From the IMG/VR virus record IMGVR_UViG_3300024317_000003: 20,000 bases of DNA. The stretch is one strand, 5' to 3'. Below the pieces are notes generated by a model that made no database searches, was not told the origin of the DNA, and worked only from the letters and a program-made list of their open reading frames with translations. This document shows, piece by piece, positions 8,092 to 15,221 of this stretch. The position numbers and the translations under genes were made by a program. Origin of the DNA: an uncultured virus (IMG/VR IMGVR_UViG_3300024317_000003). Its lineage: Duplodnaviria; Heunggongvirae; Uroviricota; Caudoviricetes. Position 1 is the first letter of the stretch, and every line of letters begins with the position of its first letter.

Positions 8092-8450
8092 AAGTCCACA
8101 TCACCCAAACCCAAGCTCACGTTCTCACCCTGATCGCTCATGGCTTATCCTCCAAAGAAATCGCCTCTTTCCTCGGCGGCTCCACCAAGACCGTCGAGAA
8201 ACATCACCAAGCTCTCAACCAGAAACTCGACGCCCATTGCCCCATCCAACTCATCCGCCATGCTGTTGCTGCGGAAGCTCTTCCCCCTGACATTCTTTCT
8301 TTGCCTTTCCCACCCCGGTCCGCTTTTTTCGACGTGGCTCAAACCCTTCCAGTACCAGGGCCCGATCGATTATCTCACGCGCACCCTTCTTCACAGGGCC
8401 ATCCAAATGCAGTATCCGGAAATGCTCAGCTCGCTGCTGCTCACGGTTAA
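8088..8450 (+). CDS. LuxR/GerE-type HTH protein without a receiver domain
   Basis: ITQTQAHVLTLIAHGLSSKEIASFLGGSTKTVEKHHQALNQKL matches LuxR C-terminal HTH; ATGA overlap. Confidence 0.85.
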   Translation: MKVHITQTQAHVLTLIAHGLSSKEIASFLGGSTKTVEKHHQALNQKLDAHCPIQLIRHAVAAEALPPDILSLPFPPRSAFFDVAQTLPVPGPDRLSHAHPSSQGHPNAVSGNAQLAAAHG

Positions 8451-8464
8451 ACTCACGCGGCATC

Positions 8465-8941
8465 TTACTGCGCACCCTTCGGTAAAGCCTCATGCTGTAT
8501 TCGCTGCGCCCCAGCCTCATCCCCCCTATCCATCGCCCTCACCGCAGCAGTTTCCCCAGGCAGCGGAAGTCCAGTGTTCTTTGACCGATACTCCCTCTGT
8601 TTCATCCGCTTATATTCCCGCCTGTCGTCCGCCGTCATCCTGTCCCTATACGCCGCCCCGTTCAACACCAACCACCCTCCCTCTACCTCCTTTATCCGCC
8701 TCCCCTCATGCTCCCGCGTCTTCGAATACGGGTCCGGCTCCATCAACCGCTTCAACGCCGCCTCACACTCCGCTAACTCCACCCCTGCAGCCTGCGCTAA
8801 CCCAGGCACACTGCACTCCACTACCTGTTGCTGGTTCTTCTTCAACAACATTGTTATCCACACCAACCGCGTCTCCTTGCTCTCTAACACCCACACCGTA
8901 GAGTCCAACAACGTCGTAAATAGCTTCGTATATCCTGCCAT
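8465..8941 (-). CDS. truncated paralog of the replication initiator (N-terminal domain plus basic helix), 158 aa
   Basis: MAGYTKLF...PDPYSKTREHEGRR...GWLVLN aligns by eye to 4291..5256 at about 45 of 105 residues; GAGGAG RBS before ATG 8941. Confidence 0.85.
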   Translation of the reverse strand: MAGYTKLFTTLLDSTVWVLESKETRLVWITMLLKKNQQQVVECSVPGLAQAAGVELAECEAALKRLMEPDPYSKTREHEGRRIKEVEGGWLVLNGAAYRDRMTADDRREYKRMKQREYRSKNTGLPLPGETAAVRAMDRGDEAGAQRIQHEALPKGAQ

Positions 8942-8988
8942 ACTCCTCTCACCTTTCATGCCGGGTTACCCTCCATCCTCCTTAACAC

Positions 8989-9100
8989 TGTCCACAGATG
9001 TCAACAACTTTGTCCACGTCCACAAGTGGACACTCGTGGATGCTGTCGACAGATCCAGATCCAGATCCAGATCCCCAAACCCCTTTCCACGCATGTCCAC
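8989..9100. repeat. iteron-like (T)GTCVAC array plus (AGATCC)x4
   Basis: TGTCCAC 8989, TGTCAAC 8999, TGTCCAC 9011, GTCCAC 9018, inverted GTGGAC 9026, TGTCGAC 9044, TGTCCAC 9094; AGATCC x4 at 9051-9074. Confidence 0.65.
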
Positions 9101-9116
9101 TGTTCCACGTGAAACT
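9101..9116. promoter_or_regulatory. parS: parS site (chromosomal type)
   Basis: TGTTCCACGTGAAACT, a 15/16 match to TGTTNCACGTGAAACA, in non-coding DNA. Confidence 0.7.
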
Positions 9117-9393
9117 TTACCAACGCCACCATCTCGCTCAGCCTTACCCAGCTCCAGGGCTACTCGAATCCCACAAACCGACCCAAGGATTGAGAAAACG
9201 AACGTATTGGGTCGCTGGGCGCACAGGGGGCCGCCCCCAAACCTCCCCGGGGGTTTTCCAGGCTGGGGGGCTTCGGCCGGGTAAAAGCATGCTTCGGCAA
9301 TTAAAGCTTTCGTATATTGTGCGAAGTAGGAGCGCAACCCCTTGACCCGCAACCGAGGTTACCCCATCGCCCGGCCGGATCCCCCGCCAGAAA

Positions 9394-9693
9394 TCACTCA
9401 GACACAACCGGTGGTGTACCATCCTGGGCAAATCGACCCCAAGTCAGCACATCCGTAAAGGTTGCTGCCTTACTGGGGTGTAGCAGGAAAGCCCAAGCAA
9501 ACCAGACACACCGCGCGGCCGGACCTACAGGAACGCGACGCGCGCGCCAGTTGTCTACAGTCCGCTTGCTCACACCCAACACGGCCGGAACCCGCCGCGG
9601 GAAAGCACGTTCCAACTCAGCAAGCATTGCGTAGACCTCACGATCTGTCGGCCGCAAGTTCAATTCCGGCCGCCACGTGAACTTTTCGCGCAT
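9394..9693 (-). CDS. small HTH-like DNA-binding protein, 99 aa
   Basis: VPAVLGVSKRTVDNWR resembles an HTH recognition helix; start taken at internal ATG 9693 of the 312 aa track ORF. Confidence 0.6.
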   Translation of the reverse strand: MREKFTWRPELNLRPTDREVYAMLAELERAFPRRVPAVLGVSKRTVDNWRARRVPVGPAARCVWFAWAFLLHPSKAATFTDVLTWGRFAQDGTPPVVSE

Positions 9694-9954
9694 TGGGAGA
9701 CGGTACCCGGCCGGATGCTGACGAGGGAAGAATAAACAAGGCCGCGGGCTTTTAAACCGCCCGTCTTGGACGCTGGAGCCGGGTAGGAGAGGTTTTGAAG
9801 CCCTTGGACGCATGTTGAGATGGGGTAAATGGTCCTGGGGCAATCCTGGGGTGAGAGGGTGAGCAAGGCAGGGACTGGAGCGCGAGGTAATGGGGCAAGG
9901 CAGGGCAGGCCGGGCTAGTGTCCAACAAATCGGACGCAATGTGTCAAATAAAGC

Positions 9955-9983
9955 TTGCGGCATAGGGCAGCATGGCTTAAATT
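9955..9983 (+). promoter_or_regulatory. sigma70-like promoter for the rightward AAA operon
   Basis: TTGCGG-17 bp-TAAATT with an A-rich upstream element and an A/C-rich leader. Confidence 0.5.
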
Positions 9984-10038
9984 CGGGACGCAGATTGTAT
10001 AAATTCAAAACCAAAAACCAAAAAGATCGGATCAAACC

Positions 10039-10350
10039 ATGAAGACAAAAGCAAAGATTAGGTACGTAGAGACGCACCGTGCAGGGAAGCGGACGATCTA
10101 TACGGCAGTTTACAAAGGAGTACGGCTTGTGAGTGGCGCCGACATCGCAGAGGTAACGCGACAGGCCGAGGCGATGAAAGCGGACAACGACGCTTTGCAC
10201 GTTGATCGGTGCATGATCCTGGGGACACCGATCGGACCCAGCAGGAAACCGCCGATCGCCGGGCAGTTGATCCGGATGCTGGAGACAGCCGGATCGTTCA
10301 TGCGCATTCCACAGGGCAACCCGCCCAAGCACGGGAAAGGCAGTCTATGA
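10039..10350 (+). CDS. hypothetical protein, 103 aa
   Basis: A/C-rich leader; ATGA overlap with the AAA gene. Confidence 0.65.
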   Translation: MKTKAKIRYVETHRAGKRTIYTAVYKGVRLVSGADIAEVTRQAEAMKADNDALHVDRCMILGTPIGPSRKPPIAGQLIRMLETAGSFMRIPQGNPPKHGKGSL

Positions 10351-11888
10351 AAAAGCAGACAAAGCCCTTGCATCCATTCATCCGCGCGCGCCGGGCAGCG
10401 GTGCCAATACTGATTATTGAGAGTTACGACCCGGCCGCAACGATCGCCGATTGTGTAGCGTCGCTGAACGGATCCCAAGACGAGACCCCGCTGTTAATTT
10501 GGGATTGTGCATCCGCACTGCGCGAGGTGACGAGCGCAGTTGACGGACGAATGCAAGGCAACCCGGCCGGGAAGGCTTGGCTTGCGATGTTGCCAGACGA
10601 GGTTAAGGCCGCTTGCGCGTCGCCAATGTTCCCTCAGACCTTGCTGCAGCATCCGCCGATATTTAACGACGTACCCGGGGCAGTGTTCGCTTTGAACATG
10701 CATCAGTTTATCGGGGACCCGAACCGATCGGACCCTGGAACCATACAAGCAATCTGGAACATACGCGACGCGTTCAAGGCTAACGGTTGCACGCTTGTCT
10801 TGATTGGCTGTAGTGCCAAACTCCCGCCCGAATTAAAGAACGATGTTCCGACATTCGCCGAGCCGATACCAGACGAGCCGATGATCAGTGACGTAATCGA
10901 TTCGATCTTGGGGGATGCTGAAATCGACGCGGGCAAAGTCGACAAAGCCAAGGTGACGGACGGGTTACTAGGTTACTTGTCCCGGTTTAGCGTTGAACAA
11001 TCGCTGGCGCTGAGTCTGGAGCCGGATGGGGTAGACCTTGACCAACTTTGGGATCTCAAGGTTGCAGCTTTAAAGGCAACTGCAGGGCTGGAGATAACCC
11101 GGCCGAAGCTTACATTCGCGGATCTCAAGGGATCAGCCGGATCCATTGACTTGCTAAACAAGTTGCTGCACGGGAAACGGCCGCCGCGCGCTGTCCTACA
11201 GCTTGACGAAATCGAAAAGATGATTGCCGGATCCGCTGGAGACTTGTCAGGAACAACTCAGGGTTTACTGGAGCAGTTTTTGACGTGGACCGAAGAGCGC
11301 AACGTGCAGGGAATTCTTTTGACGGGTATCCCTGGAGCCGGGAAAAGTTTGACCTGCAAATGCACAGCAGGCGAAGCCAACGTACCCTTGTTGCGCGCGT
11401 CAATGTCGACGGTGAAAGGCTCTTTAGTTGGGCAATCTGAAGGCCAAATGAAGGCTTTATTAGCGGCAGTGGATGCAGTAGGTCAAGGCCGGGTGCTACT
11501 GCTGTCGACTTCGAATTCATTCGAGAGTTTACCCCCGGAAGTTATCGCCAGACACCGGATCGGGGTGCTCTTTTACGATTACCCGCAATCGGCCGAATCT
11601 AAATCGATTTGGCAGTACTACCTCAGGAAGTACGAAATCAAAGACGACAAGATCCCGCCATCGCAGAATTGGGTAGGCCGGGAGATTGCCTCATGCTGTG
11701 AGCGGGCTTGGCTATTTGATTGCAGTTTGGCCGAGGCTGCAAAGTCGGTTGTTCCAGTTTGCACGGCCAACGCTGGCAAAATGGATGCATTACGCCGATC
11801 GGTTTCCGGCCGATTCCTGAGTGCATCGCACCCGGGATTATTCAACATTGAAATAGCCCAAAGCACGGGTAGAAAGATCGAGGTTTAA
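10347..11888 (+). CDS. Ycf46-like AAA+ ATPase with permuted core (Walker B block before Walker A), 513 aa
   Basis: Ycf46-like N-domain (IRARRAAVPILII...LPPELK); VLQLDEIEK, FLTWTEE, GILLTGIPGAGKS, LVGQSE, STSN, LPPEVIARHR, WVGREI; ATG 10347 overlaps the previous stop. Confidence 0.85.
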   Translation: MKKQTKPLHPFIRARRAAVPILIIESYDPAATIADCVASLNGSQDETPLLIWDCASALREVTSAVDGRMQGNPAGKAWLAMLPDEVKAACASPMFPQTLLQHPPIFNDVPGAVFALNMHQFIGDPNRSDPGTIQAIWNIRDAFKANGCTLVLIGCSAKLPPELKNDVPTFAEPIPDEPMISDVIDSILGDAEIDAGKVDKAKVTDGLLGYLSRFSVEQSLALSLEPDGVDLDQLWDLKVAALKATAGLEITRPKLTFADLKGSAGSIDLLNKLLHGKRPPRAVLQLDEIEKMIAGSAGDLSGTTQGLLEQFLTWTEERNVQGILLTGIPGAGKSLTCKCTAGEANVPLLRASMSTVKGSLVGQSEGQMKALLAAVDAVGQGRVLLLSTSNSFESLPPEVIARHRIGVLFYDYPQSAESKSIWQYYLRKYEIKDDKIPPSQNWVGREIASCCERAWLFDCSLAEAAKSVVPVCTANAGKMDALRRSVSGRFLSASHPGLFNIEIAQSTGRKIEV

Positions 11889-11889
11889 C

Positions 11890-12282
11890 GTGAGTCATTG
11901 GACAAATATAGACGTAAAGATCCAGACGTTGGCCGCGGCAGAAGCCGCTTGCCGGGAACTTGGATTTAAATTCGAACGCGCGCCGATCGGGCAAAAGCTT
12001 GACGCGCGAGGTTACAACGGATTAACCCGTAAAGCAGACGCTGTTATTAGGCTCCCTGGACCCTATGACGTAGCATTGACGCGGGAAGCTAACGGAAGCT
12101 ATTCGCTCGCTTGCGACTTCTGGAACGGACACGTTGAAAGATCCCTGGGGAAGAATTGCCAGAAATTCACGCAACTCTATGGGGTGCACGTAGCGACCGC
12201 GGCCGCCCGGGCTAAGGGTTATCAGGTTCGACGCATGCAGGGTGCAAACGGATCAATCAACCTCGTAATGAGCGTACCATGA
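11890..12282 (+). CDS. DUF1257 (Ycf35-like) family protein
   Basis: MSHWTNIDVKI...AACRELG...YDVAL...YSLACDFW...QLYG...ARAKGY pattern; adjacent to a Ycf46-like AAA. Confidence 0.75.
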   Translation: MSHWTNIDVKIQTLAAAEAACRELGFKFERAPIGQKLDARGYNGLTRKADAVIRLPGPYDVALTREANGSYSLACDFWNGHVERSLGKNCQKFTQLYGVHVATAAARAKGYQVRRMQGANGSINLVMSVP

Positions 12283-12467
12283 AAACGATCACCGTAGAGA
12301 TTAAGGAAGACGGACAGGTAAGGATCGAAGCTGCAGGCTTCACCGGATCCGCCTGCGAAAAGGCAACCGAAGCGATCGAAAAGGCTTTAGGGGTGCCCTC
12401 GGGTAACCGGAACAAAAAGCCGGAATACTATCAGGGCAACGCCGCAACGCAGAGGGTAACCCAGTGA
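12279..12467 (+). CDS. DUF2997 family protein
   Basis: ITVEIKEDGQVRIEAAGFTGSACEKATEAIEKALG...KKPEYY pattern. Confidence 0.8.
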   Translation: MKTITVEIKEDGQVRIEAAGFTGSACEKATEAIEKALGVPSGNRNKKPEYYQGNAATQRVTQ

Positions 12468-12712
12468 AAGACGTAATCATAAGGTTTGAGACCAACGGAT
12501 CCGCTAAATGCTTGTGGACCGAAGCGATCGACCTGAACGCAATCGGCCGCCTGCAGGTATTCCGCGCGTCGACAATCGAATATGATAACGCGCGCCGCCG
12601 CTGGATTGTGACTGTCGACGAGCAAGAGCTTTTCGGCCATGCCAGCAGACAAGCCTGCATTGACTTCGAACATGACGAGCTTAACCGCGCGCTAACCGAG
12701 GGCAGGATCTAG
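12464..12712 (+). CDS. small hypothetical protein of the AAA/DUF1257/DUF2997 module
   Basis: GTGA overlap; G.AKCLWTEAIDL..IG.L...RAS.IE motif, which I recall from similar gene clusters. Confidence 0.7.
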   Translation: MKDVIIRFETNGSAKCLWTEAIDLNAIGRLQVFRASTIEYDNARRRWIVTVDEQELFGHASRQACIDFEHDELNRALTEGRI

Positions 12713-12717
12713 ACTAC

Positions 12718-12744
12718 CACCCCGGGACCAACCCGCCCGGGGTG
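12718..12744 (+). other. GC-rich intergenic hairpin
   Basis: Perfect 9 bp stem CACCCCGGG/CCCGGGGTG with a 9 nt loop and no U tract. Confidence 0.55.
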
Positions 12745-12812
12745 AAGTCTGGATCATTGCATGTAAGCAATGCCAGCTAACACCAAAACAACACAATGAA
12801 AGGATCGGAAAC

Positions 12813-13949
12813 ATGGACAGTATTACAACATTAGACGCAGAGGCTTTTAAAGACTCTGTATTCCTGCACGTATCGGTCAAGGGTGCAACCCCCTGGACCG
12901 CTAAGGTGACCAACGCCGAAAAGGTACAAGAATATCACGCCTTACAGGCCGCGGAAATCGAAGCGAAAAAAGCCGGTGGGGAGACGATCGATCGATCGCG
13001 CATTGCCCTGGAAAGCCCTAGCGGTGCCAGTACTGGCGCCGGGAAAACCGCTCTGCGAATGACCAAGCGACTACTCTATTCCCCCCAGTTTGACGCACTG
13101 AGGAAACACTTAACAGACGCTAAATACGCTATTGTTGCGCCGCCGCAATATGGGGGATTGGCCAACCCAAGCGGGATCATGGATGGACTCTTTGAATTGC
13201 ATAAAAGCCTAGTCCCCCGGGTGAACGCTGCGATCGCCGAAGCCAAACGCCGCTTGCTGGAACCTTGGGTCGACGCTGAAGGCATGGAACATCCCGGGCA
13301 TTTAACCGCTTTCCTTGCTGATTATCCGGCCGCAATAGAACGCGCGCGCATAGCCCCGATCCTTGAGGGTGGTTTAGGTCCGCTTTTCGACTTGTCCGAC
13401 TACCCCAGCGAAAACGAAGTCGGGGCAGCTTTCGACATAGACCGCCGATGGCTGGCATTTGGGGTGCCTGAAGGTTTACCCCAGGAATTGCGTGAGCAGG
13501 CGCTGAACGAATTGCGCGCCGACTTGCGCCAAGCTGGGGAGACCATCAAAGAAACGCTGCGAAGTGGTTTGCTGGAGCTTTTACAACACGGCCGGGATGT
13601 ATTGACCCTGAAACCCGGGGAGAAGCCAAAGCAGATCAAGGAAAGCTTGATCGGGAATGTTCTGCAGTTCTGCGAGGTGTTCAGTATGCGCAACACCCAG
13701 GGCGACGAGGAACTAGCCCGGATAGTAACGCAATGCCGGGAGACCTTGACGGGTTTTGACCCGGATAAATGCCGGAAGTTTGAAAGCGTGCGAGAGGAAG
13801 CGGCCGCGCGCTTTGCGCAGTTGCACGCGGCAGTTGACACGCTGATCACTACCACCAAAGGGAGACGGTTCGACTTTGGCGCCGGGCAAGAGCCGAGACC
13901 CGCGGCCGCGGCCGAACCCACTCCGCAACCGGACCTTGCTACTGCCTGA
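12813..13949 (+). CDS. 378 aa helical protein, DUF3150-like
   Basis: MTKRLL...LGPLFDLSDYPS...FCEVFSMRNTQGDEELARIV pattern; AAAGGA RBS; family recognised from motif and context only. Confidence 0.6.
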   Translation: MDSITTLDAEAFKDSVFLHVSVKGATPWTAKVTNAEKVQEYHALQAAEIEAKKAGGETIDRSRIALESPSGASTGAGKTALRMTKRLLYSPQFDALRKHLTDAKYAIVAPPQYGGLANPSGIMDGLFELHKSLVPRVNAAIAEAKRRLLEPWVDAEGMEHPGHLTAFLADYPAAIERARIAPILEGGLGPLFDLSDYPSENEVGAAFDIDRRWLAFGVPEGLPQELREQALNELRADLRQAGETIKETLRSGLLELLQHGRDVLTLKPGEKPKQIKESLIGNVLQFCEVFSMRNTQGDEELARIVTQCRETLTGFDPDKCRKFESVREEAAARFAQLHAAVDTLITTTKGRRFDFGAGQEPRPAAAAEPTPQPDLATA

Positions 13950-13962
13950 ACTAATCCGATCC

Positions 13963-13996
13963 GCCCGGGGTGCGAGCAGTAGCCGCTTCCCCGGGC
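13963..13996 (+). other. GC-rich intergenic hairpin
   Basis: GCCCGGGG 13963-13970 / CCCCGGGC 13989-13996. Confidence 0.5.
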
Positions 13997-14024
13997 AACT
14001 TTAACCACTAAAAAGATCCTACCC

Positions 14025-14372
14025 ATGCAAGCAATCAACATGCAGAGCGCGCTATGCCACGCGCAGATCATCCGCGACGACGCCGAAGCCCGGGCTTTCC
14101 TACTTGCCGAGAATGCGTTTTCCGGCCTTGTCCCGACGCCGCCCTACAATACGTGTTCGGCCTTTTGGTACTCAGCAAACACACACGCACACATTTACGC
14201 TCTAAATTCGCGAGTACCGGACGATCAAGGCTTTGTGATCGTGATGTTTCCCGAAAAGTTTTACACCGCGAAAGCCGCACAGGTGCTGGCGTCAATCATG
14301 GCAGCTTACAATAACGCCGCACCGGGGACCGAGTACAATTACGAGCAGCCGATCGACAGCCCCCCAAACTAG
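14025..14372 (+). CDS. hypothetical protein, 115 aa
   Basis: ATG after an AAAAGATC leader. Confidence 0.65.
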   Translation: MQAINMQSALCHAQIIRDDAEARAFLLAENAFSGLVPTPPYNTCSAFWYSANTHAHIYALNSRVPDDQGFVIVMFPEKFYTAKAAQVLASIMAAYNNAAPGTEYNYEQPIDSPPN

Positions 14373-14383
14373 GAGACACGCGT

Positions 14384-14566
14384 ATGCAATACAAAATTGA
14401 AGTGCACGCGCTTGGGTACGAAGACACAACTAAGATCGTCGAATGCTCTTCGTTGCGAGAGGCAAAACAACATGAGCGCCAAGCCAAGGTTGAATGGTGT
14501 GAGCATAACGACATCGACCTTGATACCGACTTTGAAATGCCATTTACACGAGTGAGCAAAATCTAG
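14384..14566 (+). CDS. hypothetical protein, 60 aa
   Basis: AGGAG RBS. Confidence 0.65.
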   Translation: MQYKIEVHALGYEDTTKIVECSSLREAKQHERQAKVEWCEHNDIDLDTDFEMPFTRVSKI

Positions 14567-14577
14567 GAGACACACAC

Positions 14578-14787
14578 ATGATCCACTACTTTCCAACCCG
14601 CCTGATCGCACTTGTTCATGATTGGGACGAGCGCAACGGGGGGATCAGCCTCGACGACAAGTACGAGCTTGCCGATCGCGCTGGCGTCACGCTACAGGAA
14701 ATTGAGGCGGCAATAGCCTACACGCTGGACACTCACGAAGAACCCAACCCGAGACTTACAACGACCGATTACGAGGAAGCACCATGA
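14578..14787 (+). CDS. acidic hypothetical protein, 69 aa, possible HTH (ELADRAGVTLQEIEAAIAY)
   Basis: AGGAG RBS; HTH-like segment. Confidence 0.6.
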   Translation: MIHYFPTRLIALVHDWDERNGGISLDDKYELADRAGVTLQEIEAAIAYTLDTHEEPNPRLTTTDYEEAP

Positions 14788-14948
14788 ACACCGACAAGGT
14801 TAGAGGGCTGATTAAGCTTTACGAGCTGCGCATAAAGGCAAAGGCAGCTTTGGAACGATGCCACGGCAAGGCCAAGGCAGCCGGGATCTGTTACGAGCTG
14901 CGAAGCGTGATCAAAGATCTGGAAACGCTTTTGAAGGGGGACGCATGA
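14784..14948 (+). CDS. hypothetical protein, 54 aa (MNTDKVRGLIKLYELRIKAKAALERCHG...)
   Basis: Translated by hand; ATGA overlaps at both ends; GAGG RBS. Confidence 0.6.
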   Translation: MNTDKVRGLIKLYELRIKAKAALERCHGKAKAAGICYELRSVIKDLETLLKGDA

Positions 14949-15175
14949 ACGACATACCACCCGGCAACACGGATATTTTGCCGCCCGGCCCGCGCGGGAC
15001 CACGTTTTATTGCGAGCGTTTTACGAGCACAGTCCAAGTCCGCCACCGAATAAGCGATTGCCGGAACGTGCTAGTGGCTGAATTCCCCCTTCCGTACAGT
15101 GCCCAATCCCGCCAATGGTGGGCGGATTTATTCCGCCCGGCAATCCAAGATTACTTGCGCACGTATGGGGCGTGA
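14945..15175 (+). CDS. hypothetical protein, 76 aa
   Basis: Internal ATG 14945 with ATGA overlap and GGGGG RBS. Confidence 0.55.
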   Translation: MNDIPPGNTDILPPGPRGTTFYCERFTSTVQVRHRISDCRNVLVAEFPLPYSAQSRQWWADLFRPAIQDYLRTYGA

Positions 15176-15221
15176 GTCAACAGAGGTTAACACACACACA
15201 AACCAAAGAAAGATCGAAACC

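Noticed and set aside
8854..8862. Perfect DnaA box TTATCCACA
   Set aside because: Single copy inside a coding region (VWIT codons, similar in the paralog); compatible with chance.
8140..8901. 253 aa Pro/Ser/Thr-rich + strand ORF, and the 236 aa ORF 8574..9284
   Set aside because: Products of the G-poor strand having few stops; they overlap the well-supported LuxR and Rep-paralog genes.
4940..8941. The two rep-like sequences as a DGR template/variable repeat pair
   Set aside because: Similarity is at protein level only (about 40-45%), differences are not adenine-specific, and no reverse transcriptase is in the window.
8989..9075. CRISPR-like array
   Set aside because: Repeats are 6-7 bp with no spacer structure, and no cas genes are present.
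9670..9685. Second parS-like core CCACGTGAAC
   Set aside because: Flanks do not match the palindrome and it lies within a gene.
9694..10332. N-terminal 213 aa of the 312 aa minus-strand ORF
   Set aside because: It crosses the rightward promoter and the 10039 gene and is not protein-like; only 9394..9693 was kept.
10001..13000. GATC enrichment (about 11-14 per kb by eye)
   Set aside because: 3001-4000 also has about 8 per kb, so the excess over background is modest and needs a proper statistical test.
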